A stretch of 64,000 nt of DNA from Bdellovibrionales bacterium (GCA_019750295.1 JAIEOS010000048.1:2469-66468), one strand, 5' to 3'; shown: positions 35,983-44,925, numbered from the stretch's first letter. Notes: generated from the sequence alone by a model not told the origin. Made by a program: numbers and translations.

Positions 35983-36215
35983 AAATCATAATTTTTAAAT
36001 TCGTAGGTCTCGGAGTATTACTTCTCAGTTTTACGGGCTGTGGTGTTAAGGGTCGGCCCGAACCCCCGTTGCGACCGCCGCTGGAAACATCGAGCTCTGC
36101 GGCCCCCGTCGAACCCTTAAAGCCGGTGACATTTTCTACAGACAAAGGGGCGGTCCCAACGGCCGCGCCGTCGAAAACCAAAACCAACAGCACAAAGAAA
36201 AAAAATGGTAACTAG
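35979..36215 (+). CDS. lptM: Small lipoprotein, LptM/YifL-like
   Basis: MKIIIFKFVGLGVLLLSFTGCGVKGRPEPP: lipobox plus CG.KG motif, Pro-rich tail. Directly upstream of dapF, as yifL is in E. coli. ATG 35979 preferred over the longer ORF from 35877. Confidence 0.6.
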   Translation: MKIIIFKFVGLGVLLLSFTGCGVKGRPEPPLRPPLETSSSAAPVEPLKPVTFSTDKGAVPTAAPSKTKTNSTKKKNGN

Positions 36216-37047
36216 TCTCCCCTTCTATAAACTTCAGGCGACGGGGAATGATTTTATCTTTTTAAAAGAAGATGATGTTTCCGCCGCAAAGATTTCCATG
36301 GAACAAATCGTTCCGCAAATGTGCCAGCGTAATTTAGGAATTGGTGCCGATGGGGTTGCGGTCATTCGATCCACTCGATCGAACGCTTTATCCTGGATCT
36401 TTTATAATTCCGACGGTCAAGAAGCGAACATGTGCGGGAATGCGGCTCGCTGCGCGGTGGTGTTCTATCAAAAAATTCTCGGTGGCCAGCAGGACATGAT
36501 GCTGCAGACGAGAGCAGGATTAATTCGCGGTGAAAATGGTCAAGCGGAATCCATGGGCGAACGCGAGAAAAAGATTTCGTATTCTTTAGCCTTAGAAGAC
36601 ATGCGCACTGTAAAGTCCCCCATGGAGGGGGCGTTTCCGATCGCTTACTTTGTAAATACCGGTGTCCCTCACGCCGTCATCCCTGTGCCATCACCGTGGG
36701 ATATGCGCGATAGAGCGAGCGAACTCGCGCGATACGTTCGTGCCGAAGAGTTCGGACCCGGCGGCGGTAATCTCACCTTTGTCCACTGGGACGAGAGCAA
36801 AGAGGGTTATAAGCATAATATTCAAGCCGTCACTTTAGAACGTGGAGTTGATAACTTTACGCTCTCTTGCGGAACAGGAGTGATGGCGGCGGTCGCGGTT
36901 CACGCCAAAATATTTAAACATAACCATGCGATGAGCGTGACCATGCCCGGAGGAACTTTAATGGCGCAAGTCGATTGGACCAAAGGAGAAGTGTCTCTGG
37001 AAGGTCCAGCCCATTTTGTCTATAGAGGTATTTATGAAATTATTTGA
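36205..37047 (+). CDS. dapF: Diaminopimelate epimerase
   Basis: YKLQATGNDFIFL, NSDGQEANMCGNAARC and SCGTGVMAA (two catalytic Cys). Confidence 0.95.
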   Translation: MVTSLPFYKLQATGNDFIFLKEDDVSAAKISMEQIVPQMCQRNLGIGADGVAVIRSTRSNALSWIFYNSDGQEANMCGNAARCAVVFYQKILGGQQDMMLQTRAGLIRGENGQAESMGEREKKISYSLALEDMRTVKSPMEGAFPIAYFVNTGVPHAVIPVPSPWDMRDRASELARYVRAEEFGPGGGNLTFVHWDESKEGYKHNIQAVTLERGVDNFTLSCGTGVMAAVAVHAKIFKHNHAMSVTMPGGTLMAQVDWTKGEVSLEGPAHFVYRGIYEII

Positions 37048-37912
37048 AGGCGTATACACGGCGCTTATTACTCCTTTTTATAAAGGGAAGCTCGATGTCG
37101 AATCCTTAGAAAAAATTGTCGATAATCAACTCAGCGCAGGTGTGGCGGGATTTATCGTCAATGGGACCACGGCAGAAAGTCCCACGCTCACACAAGTGGA
37201 GCGGATGATGATTTTGGAATTGGTGAAAAATAAAGCGAAGGGAAAAGCGAAAGTTGTTTTTGGTTCAGGCTCTAACAATACCGAAGCGACAGTTTCCGCA
37301 TCGCGAGCCGCAGAAGAAGCGGGAGCCGATGGCCTCCTTGTCGTTGTCCCCTATTACAATAAGCCACCACAGCGCGGTTTGTATGAGCACTTTCTTCGAG
37401 TGGCGAATTCGGTGAGTCTCCCCATTATGCTTTACAATGTCCCCGGGAGAACGGTGACGAGCCTCTCTGTCGAAACAATTCGCCAACTTTCTGCGGTTAA
37501 AAATATTGTGGCCATCAAAGAAGCCACGGGGAAATTGGATTTTGGACAACAGGTGATCGACGCCGTTCCTAGTGATTTTGTAGTGTCCAGTGGTGATGAT
37601 GAAACATGTTTAGATTTAAGAACACTCGGCGGCCGTGGCGTAGTTTCAGTTTGCTCGCACATTATTCCGCGCCTGATGACAAAATGGTTCCACAGCACCT
37701 CTGCGGCCAGCGATAAAGAAGAGTTTTTAAAAATAAAACCGATGATCTCTGATCTTTACATCACTTCGAATCCGATACCTGTGAAGTATGCGATGCACCT
37801 TTTGGGACTTGCGAAATCCGATGAGGTCCGTTTGCCCCTGTGCACTCTCGATGAAGAGCAAAAGAAATACATGGAAAAGCAGATCGAAATCTACCGGGAG
37901 TTTATGTTGTGA
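37034..37912 (+). CDS. dapA: 4-hydroxy-tetrahydrodipicolinate synthase
   Basis: MKLFEGVYTALITPF..., GTTAESPTL, YNVPGRT, and AIKEATG (Schiff-base Lys). ATG 37034 preferred. Confidence 0.95.
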   Translation: MKLFEGVYTALITPFYKGKLDVESLEKIVDNQLSAGVAGFIVNGTTAESPTLTQVERMMILELVKNKAKGKAKVVFGSGSNNTEATVSASRAAEEAGADGLLVVVPYYNKPPQRGLYEHFLRVANSVSLPIMLYNVPGRTVTSLSVETIRQLSAVKNIVAIKEATGKLDFGQQVIDAVPSDFVVSSGDDETCLDLRTLGGRGVVSVCSHIIPRLMTKWFHSTSAASDKEEFLKIKPMISDLYITSNPIPVKYAMHLLGLAKSDEVRLPLCTLDEEQKKYMEKQIEIYREFML

Positions 37913-38589
37913 AGATCATTATCAGCGGCGCCTCAGGGAAAATGGGCGGCGAAATTAAAAAATTGATCTCTACAGAGTCTTCGCTGCAATATCTCGGTGG
38001 CTTTGGTCTAAAAGAAAATCCCAGCGAAAAAGTCGTTTCGGATCCCACCGCGCTTCCAGCGGGGGCTTCCGTGGTGATCGATTTTTCCTCCCCGGACTCA
38101 ATGATGGCGATCGCCGAGTGGTGCGAGAAGAATCAAGTTCCATTGGTTTCGGGAACAACTGGGATTCAGGAAGAGCACAAAAAGTTTTTAAAGAAAATTT
38201 CGCAAAAGATACCAGTGCTTTGGGCGCCCAACACCTCAGTGGGTGTGAACTTCTTGAAAAAACTTTTGTCTCAACTGCAAGTGCCTGCCGGATTTGATAT
38301 TCAAATCACCGAATACCATCATGCTCAAAAAAAAGATAAACCCAGCGGAACGGCCCTGCTTCTCGAGGACGCGCTCAAAAATAAAAATAAAATATCTGAG
38401 CCGACTCTTTCGATTCGAGGTGGTGGAATTTTTGGAATTCACCGGATTGATCTCATGGCCGGAGAAGAGACGATCTCCATTGAGCACAACGCCCTCAGCC
38501 GAGCGGTCTTTGCCAAGGGGGCCCTCACGGCGGCCCGATGGCTCACTCAACAGTCCCCCGGCCTCTACTCCATGGAAGACGTCCTCTAG
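37909..38589 (+). CDS. dapB: 4-hydroxy-tetrahydrodipicolinate reductase (short form)
   Basis: MKIIISGASGKMG NAD(P) fold, APNTSVGVN, EYHHAQKKDKPSGTAL. GTG start overlaps the dapA stop. Confidence 0.92.
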   Translation: MKIIISGASGKMGGEIKKLISTESSLQYLGGFGLKENPSEKVVSDPTALPAGASVVIDFSSPDSMMAIAEWCEKNQVPLVSGTTGIQEEHKKFLKKISQKIPVLWAPNTSVGVNFLKKLLSQLQVPAGFDIQITEYHHAQKKDKPSGTALLLEDALKNKNKISEPTLSIRGGGIFGIHRIDLMAGEETISIEHNALSRAVFAKGALTAARWLTQQSPGLYSMEDVL

Positions 38590-38590
38590 G

Positions 38591-38682
38591 CGGTACCCGG
38601 TACCTTTTGCAGAAGCGATGTGTAAAAAGCCAGAAACTCGCGGCTTTTTACACATCGCTTCTGGAAAAGGTACCGGGTACCG
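38591..38682. repeat. 92-bp near-perfect palindrome (41-bp arms, one G.G mismatch, 10-nt loop)
   Basis: CGGTACCCGGTACCTTTTGCAGAAGCGATGTGTAAAAAGCC pairs with its complement at 38642-38682 (checked base by base). Begins 2 nt after the dapB stop and ends 36 nt before the next start. Confidence 0.92.
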
Positions 38683-38718
38683 TCTAAGGTGAGGAAATTT
38701 TAATTTATCGAGGTTCTT

Positions 38719-39363
38719 ATGAAGTTTTTTATCGATTCCGCTAACATTGAAGAAATCAGACAAGCCAATCTGCGCGGATGGGTTGATGGTGTAACAACGA
38801 ACCCTTCGTTGATTGCCGCCAATGGTAAGCCCATGCGCGAAACCATCAAATTGATTTGCCAAGAGGTTTCCGGCCCGGTTTCTGCAGAAGTGCTGTCACT
38901 CAAAGCGGATGAAATGTATAAAGAGGGCCTCGAACTCGCAAAAATTCATGACAACGTCGTCGTTAAAATTCCGATGACTGAAGATGGTTTGATTGCCGTG
39001 AAAAAACTAAAAGCCGAAGGTATACGGAGCAACGTCACCTTGGTCTTCTCTCCCCTCCAAGCACTTCTCGTAGCAAAAGCCGGCGGAACAATGGTTTCCC
39101 CTTTCGTGGGTCGCCTAGATGATATCTCGACAAACGGTATGGATCTCATCACTCAAATTCGAACGATTTATGACAACTACGGATTTGATACAGAGATTCT
39201 TGTGGCGAGCATTCGTCATCCGATTCACGTGATTGATTCGGCGTTGATCGGAGCCGACATCGTAACGATTCCATTTAAAGTGATGCAAGGTTTAGGCAAG
39301 CATCCACTCACCGACCAAGGTCTAGAGAAATTTATGAAAGACGCCGAGAAAATTGTGAAGTAA
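38719..39363 (+). CDS. tal: Transaldolase / fructose-6-phosphate aldolase family (short, about 215-aa type)
   Basis: [36 protein letters not shown] (Schiff-base Lys), SPFVGRLDD. Confidence 0.93.
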   Translation: MKFFIDSANIEEIRQANLRGWVDGVTTNPSLIAANGKPMRETIKLICQEVSGPVSAEVLSLKADEMYKEGLELAKIHDNVVVKIPMTEDGLIAVKKLKAEGIRSNVTLVFSPLQALLVAKAGGTMVSPFVGRLDDISTNGMDLITQIRTIYDNYGFDTEILVASIRHPIHVIDSALIGADIVTIPFKVMQGLGKHPLTDQGLEKFMKDAEKIVK

Positions 39364-39372
39364 CATGGCCGT

Positions 39373-39822
39373 ATGAGCCGTGTCTTATTTTTCTCACCGA
39401 TCTTTTTTTTACTTTTCTCATGCTCGACCCACAGTATGTCTGGGTCTTACGTCCAGCGCGACCGAGTGAACCACTCGGTCGAAGCGATTATCAAATCTTT
39501 TGAGCGAGCGACTCTCGGAATTCGTGGTCGAAGTCCTAACGGTCGCGAACTTGTTTCTAAATATCAAAGTGTTAAGGGTGATAAGTACGAGAATGCGTAC
39601 AAGAAAAAAGAACGTGCCTATGCACGACTAGCCATTCTTGGAGACCGTCGTCCGTATACTCTCAAGGTCCAGTTGGTGATCGAAGAGCGCACGGAATACG
39701 GGACCTACGAAGTGGTCGACGAAGACGATGATGCGGCCCAAGCCATCTTAGATAAGATGGTCGAGTTTCTAGTTAATCGTCCGGACAAAGACGACTTCAT
39801 TGACGACTATAGAGCGTTCTAA
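39373..39822 (+). CDS. Hypothetical lipoprotein (149 aa)
   Basis: MSRVLFFSPIFFLLFSC lipobox. Acidic C-terminus. No recognisable family. Confidence 0.7.
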   Translation: MSRVLFFSPIFFLLFSCSTHSMSGSYVQRDRVNHSVEAIIKSFERATLGIRGRSPNGRELVSKYQSVKGDKYENAYKKKERAYARLAILGDRRPYTLKVQLVIEERTEYGTYEVVDEDDDAAQAILDKMVEFLVNRPDKDDFIDDYRAF

Positions 39823-39880
39823 CTAAAATAATATCAGCTAGTTACTGCAAGTTGTTAGAAACTTAGGGGACGATTTCAGG

Positions 39881-41770
39881 ATGAAGACGTTGGCTGCCAT
39901 TTTCACGCAAATTATTTCGACCACAGTCATGGGCAGCGCTGTGTTTATGGCGACGCAAATTATTTCTCCACTCAAAACTAAAACACCCATCATCGAAACG
40001 CACATCCCACGCATGACTATCCGTATGGACGAGTTTTCCACAGCCTGGTCAGCCCTTGAGGATGACTATGCATTGGACAATGGAGATGAAGATTCAATTC
40101 CAATAGATATTCCGTCTCGAATTCTTGTGGCGGGAGAAAAAGATTACTACTCAGAGATCGAAAAAACTCATCGTCCTCGCTTAGAGATCCCCAAACTCTC
40201 CCTCAACGCCGCTTCTCAAGATTTTGGCACTGTAGCGACACTGTCTTCTCCGATTGTTCAGGCCCCGAAGGGGACAGAGCCCGCGTTGAGTTCGACTAAA
40301 AACCCAATGCAGGAACAGGCGATCTATAATATTCCGCACTTTTGGATTCAAGGTAAGATCGAGCTCAGCGGTGGGTTGGCGCTCACACATCCTAAAGACG
40401 AAGTGAAACTCGGCTGGTTTCGTCGAGACGAGGAGGAGCGCCCCGGGAAAGTCTCCATCGCCGAGGGCACTTACGAGTTGAAAGTCGATCGTATGGAGGG
40501 TGAGCTTCTCGCTCAACTGATAGATAGCAAGGGATCTGTCCTCGGCGAGTCCATCGTGGATTTGGACGTTCTGGCTCAGAGTCGGAGTCTCAACCAAATG
40601 ATGGTGACGGGTGTCGATATTAAAATCGTGCCGGTCGATTTTAGCGCGGGAAAAACCATTTCGACCTACGACTCTAAAATTCATAAAGATCCGGTTCCGA
40701 AAGCGACGGTTTATGTGGGCCAGCACGAGCTCTCCATGGCCTCCGACGAAAAGGGTGAGCTCACCGACCCCGCAATCACCCCCACATCTATCGCGGTTGT
40801 TTCCACCAGCAAAGCTCACTATCAAGGATCATTATCCTTAGTCGACTTCCAAGCTCGTCCCCACTTAAGAATGTTCCCCGACAAATTTTTAAAAGCGCTC
40901 CACGATACCCTCGGAACAGAAAAAAATAGGCGAGACGCTGGAATGATTTGGGGAATGGTCACTAAAAATGGTGAGCCCGTCGGTAATTATCGAATCCAGA
41001 TTGCGAAGCATGAAGACCATTTGCCCGTCTATTTTAATTTCTATATCCCCAACCGAGAACTTAAAGAAACCTCCTCAGATGGACAGTACGTTTTCGTGGG
41101 CCTCCCCGATCAGGAGTACGAATTAGAATTGATCGATGCCACAGGTAAGGTTGTTGACGCCAAAGTCGTCGCCGTACGCGCGGGTTACGTGAGTCAGGCC
41201 GAATTCGAGATCGGAAAATCAAAAGTCATCAATGTGCGGCCTTTTGATCCACTTTCGAGCACTCGGGTCGAATTAGATCTTGCGGTGTTGGGAGTCGAAA
41301 ATACTTTCCTCGGAAAATCCGAAGATTTTATCAAAATTCCGATTGCTGCGAATAAGGATCCTCTTTTGGTATTTTCTAAAGCTCAGCAACACAAAGTTTC
41401 TGCAAGCACATTCGCCAGCCGACAAAAGAAGTTTCAGGATATACCGATACTGAATGAATCTTGGTGGGAACGGATGCAACAGCTGTACAGCATCGATGTT
41501 TCAAGCGGTGTCATCGTTGGATTTATTGATACCGATCAGCCTTTTGAAATTTTTTTAGAAGAACCTAAGGCGGGTCGCAAAGTTGTGTATTTCAATACGC
41601 GCGGAGAAATTGTTGATAAGGTCAAAGGAGAGATGGCTTCGGGATTTATTGTTTATAATGTCGGGCCGGGGTTAAAGACTCTTATTCTTCAAACTGAAAC
41701 CGGTCTGCTCCAAACCGAAGTGGCCTATGTGGATGGGGAGTCTGTTTCTCTGATCTATAGGCAACTTTGA
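39881..41770 (+). CDS. Hypothetical membrane-anchored protein with carboxypeptidase-regulatory-like beta-sandwich segments
   Basis: 629 aa with an N-terminal hydrophobic anchor. Segments such as GNYRIQIA...DGQYVFVGLPDQEYELELID resemble the CarboxypepD_reg fold. ATGA-type overlap with the next gene. Confidence 0.7.
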   Translation: MKTLAAIFTQIISTTVMGSAVFMATQIISPLKTKTPIIETHIPRMTIRMDEFSTAWSALEDDYALDNGDEDSIPIDIPSRILVAGEKDYYSEIEKTHRPRLEIPKLSLNAASQDFGTVATLSSPIVQAPKGTEPALSSTKNPMQEQAIYNIPHFWIQGKIELSGGLALTHPKDEVKLGWFRRDEEERPGKVSIAEGTYELKVDRMEGELLAQLIDSKGSVLGESIVDLDVLAQSRSLNQMMVTGVDIKIVPVDFSAGKTISTYDSKIHKDPVPKATVYVGQHELSMASDEKGELTDPAITPTSIAVVSTSKAHYQGSLSLVDFQARPHLRMFPDKFLKALHDTLGTEKNRRDAGMIWGMVTKNGEPVGNYRIQIAKHEDHLPVYFNFYIPNRELKETSSDGQYVFVGLPDQEYELELIDATGKVVDAKVVAVRAGYVSQAEFEIGKSKVINVRPFDPLSSTRVELDLAVLGVENTFLGKSEDFIKIPIAANKDPLLVFSKAQQHKVSASTFASRQKKFQDIPILNESWWERMQQLYSIDVSSGVIVGFIDTDQPFEIFLEEPKAGRKVVYFNTRGEIVDKVKGEMASGFIVYNVGPGLKTLILQTETGLLQTEVAYVDGESVSLIYRQL

Positions 41771-43605
41771 TGCTTAAATACGCGCTCCTGATTTTGCCGC
41801 TGGCGACACTCAGTTGCTCCCATGAACAACTTCAAAAGAAAACAGAACGGGTTCCGGCCTCTGATTTAAGCCCATATCCTTATGTTCAATCCTGTGTTCG
41901 TTCCCTCTGCGGATCAACTTCAGATAATACGAGTCTTGTGGATGCGGAATATGCGAAGACCGAAGCTATACTTTACAAGCCGGACACGAAAGCTTACCAA
42001 AAAATAGATTCAGCACTACAAGAGATGGCCCGAGTTTCTCTTCAATCTTTTTCGAGAGGAGTCAAATCGGCCGAGATTCTTTTGGCGCAGCCGAAATTTC
42101 GAGTTCCCCCATCGATTTTGGTTTTGGTGAACAGTGCCTATTATCTCAAGCTGCAGCAGAAAGCGCTGGAGCAGACAGCGAAGGGAAGCGCCAAGGATCT
42201 TGTTCTCGCCGATTTCACAGGGTTATCCACAGAGGAATCGAAGTGGGTGGATCTTATTCTTAAAAGTAAGTACTATATCAATCCCCCGTTTTTTGATCAG
42301 AAAGAAACTCTCCGCAATTATCTCGATCGCAAATACCCGCGACAGTTTTTTAAGACCTCTTTACCTCGTGCGATAGATCAATGCCAATCGCAAGTGCGCG
42401 AGCTCGGTCAGTTTATCGGAGCCATCGAAAAACTCTTTTTATATTGTGGAAAAAGCCGGGGAGAGATGTGGAACTGGGTGGATGAAGTTCGTCTCGCCGA
42501 AGAATTAAAGACCGCCGAACTTTTAACTTTCTTGCGGGCAGCTCCCGTGGAAAAGCGACTTCTTGCTCGTCCATGGGATTGGTACTCGGATCTTAAAAAG
42601 TACACAGACAGTGATGCATTTAAGATTGCTCAAAGACTCGCCGTAAAGAACGAGGAGCAACTTCAATTTTACGTGGGTGCGATCGTCCAAAGCTGTCACC
42701 AGAGTGTGGGATCTTCCATCGAAACTGCGCCCAGCGAATTTCTCCGGGAGCGAGCGGTTGCGAATATCAAAGATATTAAAGCGAAAGCGAAAAAGTTGAT
42801 TCAGTTTAAAAACAAAGAGGCGCAGAGGCGATGGGAGATCTTGCTTTCCTCCACCTGGTACTCTTTCCCTTCGACGGCAAAAGCGTTGGAAAACAATATT
42901 CTTCGGCGTTTGAATGCGGAAGTGATGGAGCAAACAATTTACCAAGGGCAGCTCGCGTCCCCCGCAACCGTCCTCTTGGATATTGCTTTATCGGAAGAAG
43001 CTCCTTCGAATATACTCAAGGCGTCTCCACTCAAGCAAGAAATGGACGCCGTCACGCGGGCGCTATCGAGAATGCGGGACCTTTGCAAAAGTTACGAGGC
43101 CGAAACGCTGACAGATCATATCTATGCCTCTGACGGAAATGTGTACCTCAGTTGGTTTACACTAAAGAATCCTGATCTGGGGTACGGAATTATTGCGCAC
43201 GAGTTGGGTCATCATGTGAGCCATCTCATGCGAACAGAATTTAATCTTCAAAAAACAAAATCAGCCAAGGACCTCCTGACGCCGGGGTCGATATGGTTTC
43301 ATCGAGACTGCGTCGATCGATATCACGGAGGCTCATTGGACGGGAAAGATCATCCGCATTCGGAAGAGGACTTGGCCGACTACTTTGCGGGTCAAGTTCT
43401 TCGTTTGAAGGGGCCGACTCGAAATTATGTTTGTCCATTGATTGCCGAAAACGGAGATACTTACGACGTTCAGTTCGAGAGCGATCTGAGTCGCAGGTAC
43501 GCACCTGCGATATTCCGGCTGCTTCATGTGGAAAAAACGGCGGGAGTCCTAAGTGAAAGCTGCTCTCAGACAGTATCTCTAATGCCAACACCGGCGTGCT
43601 TCTAA
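41767..43605 (+). CDS. Lipoprotein with gluzincin (M13-like) metalloprotease motifs
   Basis: LILPLATLSC lipobox. IIAHELGHHVSH, and about 55 aa later HSEEDLADYFAG (resembles the ExxAD third-ligand motif of neprilysin-type enzymes). Confidence 0.7.
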   Translation: MMLKYALLILPLATLSCSHEQLQKKTERVPASDLSPYPYVQSCVRSLCGSTSDNTSLVDAEYAKTEAILYKPDTKAYQKIDSALQEMARVSLQSFSRGVKSAEILLAQPKFRVPPSILVLVNSAYYLKLQQKALEQTAKGSAKDLVLADFTGLSTEESKWVDLILKSKYYINPPFFDQKETLRNYLDRKYPRQFFKTSLPRAIDQCQSQVRELGQFIGAIEKLFLYCGKSRGEMWNWVDEVRLAEELKTAELLTFLRAAPVEKRLLARPWDWYSDLKKYTDSDAFKIAQRLAVKNEEQLQFYVGAIVQSCHQSVGSSIETAPSEFLRERAVANIKDIKAKAKKLIQFKNKEAQRRWEILLSSTWYSFPSTAKALENNILRRLNAEVMEQTIYQGQLASPATVLLDIALSEEAPSNILKASPLKQEMDAVTRALSRMRDLCKSYEAETLTDHIYASDGNVYLSWFTLKNPDLGYGIIAHELGHHVSHLMRTEFNLQKTKSAKDLLTPGSIWFHRDCVDRYHGGSLDGKDHPHSEEDLADYFAGQVLRLKGPTRNYVCPLIAENGDTYDVQFESDLSRRYAPAIFRLLHVEKTAGVLSESCSQTVSLMPTPACF

Positions 43606-43673
43606 CTTTCGGCGTCGTTCCCCTTCGTTGACATTATTTCTGCATCAACGAGAATTATATAAAAGGGGTTCCT

Positions 43674-44156
43674 ATGAAATATTTAAAATTGATCTTCGCT
43701 ATTTTTATTTCTGCTTTGGTCATCAGCTGTTCTCAATAGGACGGCGAGCCCGAAGATACGAATGATACCCCGGTGGACAAATCTCAGTTCCCCAACACCA
43801 AGGGGACCATTCTCGGCGGTTGGGCTATGGATAAAGCGGATCTCGTTGATCAGGTGACAGTGGTGACCAACTTTTATGTGAATCGCAACAAGATCGCCTT
43901 CGAAAGAACTTGCTCCTCACCTACAGAAAGTCTTTTGGTCACGGGAGAGGCGTCTGCGAGAGTCAGCGGAACTTCGGTGCAAATCACCACCGGAATTCAG
44001 ACCCTTCAACAAAAAGCGGGAATCTCCTGTGGAATACAAGTGGGCGCCACTGAGTTTGATTACACCATGACTGGTCCTGATCGGATTCAAGTGATTGATG
44101 GAGCTGATCGCTTTACAGCGACACGGATTACTTCTGGCGGTGGGACATTTGATTAA
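43674..44156 (+). pseudogene. Lipoprotein gene interrupted by an in-frame TAG directly after the lipobox
   Basis: ATG 43674 (GGGG SD) encodes MKYLKLIFAIFISALVISCSQ, then TAG (43737-43739). The same frame continues DGEPEDTNDTPVDKSQ... to the stop at 44156. The ORF-track ORF (GTG 43773) is the 3' part. Confidence 0.75.
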
Positions 44157-44284
44157 TTTTTAACGAGAGATTCTTCGCTTTCGCTCAGAATGACGGTGGG
44201 CTTCGCTTGGGCATTTAACCGCTGGCGGTAGATTGAGCAGGCGGCTACAAAAGCCACGAGTGGTAATAACAACAGAATACGCAT
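44153..44284 (-). CDS. Possible 43-aa lipoprotein (not in ORF track)
   Basis: ATG 44284 preceded by GGAG (5-nt spacer). MRILLLLPLVAFVAAC is a signal peptide plus lipobox. The C-terminal codons are the GTCATTCTGAGCGAAAGCGAAGAATC motif. Confidence 0.4.
   Translation of the reverse strand: MRILLLLPLVAFVAACSIYRQRLNAQAKPTVILSESEESLVKN
44167..44194 (-). repeat. GTCATTCTGAGCGAAAGCGAAGAATC motif copy (minus strand)
   Basis: Differs from the 29120 copy at two positions, which are the two partners of one stem base pair (C-G to T-A). Confidence 0.75.
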
Positions 44285-44388
44285 ACGAGCTCCAATGGGG
44301 TGTGTTCGTTATTATCCAATAAAAATTTTCATCAATCAAGAGGCCCAGAATCCTGGACCATGGGTGAGGATTTCGATTTTAAATTCAA

Positions 44389-44925
44389 CTAAAAGCTAAT
44401 GAGTGTGGCTCCGGCTTCCACGGTGTCACCGGGCTTAACGTGGACTTTCGAAATCTTGACGTCGGAAGACGCTTTCATTTCGTTTTCCATCTTCATGGCT
44501 TCCATGACTAAAAGTGGTGAACCGGCCTTCACTTCGTCGCCATCTTTTACAAAAACCTTTACGATTTTTCCGGGCATACCAGAGGTGAGCGCACTTTCGG
44601 CTCCCCCCAAGCCACCGGTCTTAAAGCTCTCGTGAAGAAGCATTTCGTCGTTAAAGATTTGAACGTTATGGAAAGACCCGCGAGTAAAGACTTGGCAGTC
44701 CAAACCATCAGCGACCACGTCCACAAGATAAGATTCGTTTTTATAAATAAAACTGATCACGTTATCGGCTTCTTCAAAAGCGCCGAACGGGATGCTGTAT
44801 TCTTCCCAGTCTCCCTCGTCGGATTTGTCCTTGGGAGTCTCGCGCATTTGGATCGACCAATTGTCTTCGCGTTTAGAAACGTTGATCTGATATTTCTTCT
44901 TTTTAAGATTGGCTTCAAAATACAT
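44389..44925 (-). CDS. Biotin carboxyl carrier domain protein (BT-like N-terminus plus biotinyl domain)
   Basis: C-terminal biotinylation motif VMEAMKMENE inside a lipoyl/biotinyl fold. 1-nt gap after the biotin carboxylase gene. Confidence 0.9.
   Translation of the reverse strand: MYFEANLKKKKYQINVSKREDNWSIQMRETPKDKSDEGDWEEYSIPFGAFEEADNVISFIYKNESYLVDVVADGLDCQVFTRGSFHNVQIFNDEMLLHESFKTGGLGGAESALTSGMPGKIVKVFVKDGDEVKAGSPLLVMEAMKMENEMKASSDVKISKVHVKPGDTVEAGATLISF

Noticed and set aside
38236-38862. 208-aa minus-strand ORF spanning the dapB 3' end, the palindrome and the tal/fsa 5' end.
   Set aside because: It overlaps two well-supported + strand genes and reads through a palindrome. Other long antisense ORFs are dismissed on the same grounds: 30522-30872, 40181-40825, 22962-23498, 16547-17095, 45221-45745 and 682-1200.
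43737-43739. Programmed recoding (pyrrolysine or suppressor readthrough) at the in-frame TAG.
   Set aside because: No pyl genes, suppressor tRNA or downstream recoding structure are visible in the window. A nonsense mutation or a base-call error is the simpler explanation. It is reported as a pseudogene candidate instead.
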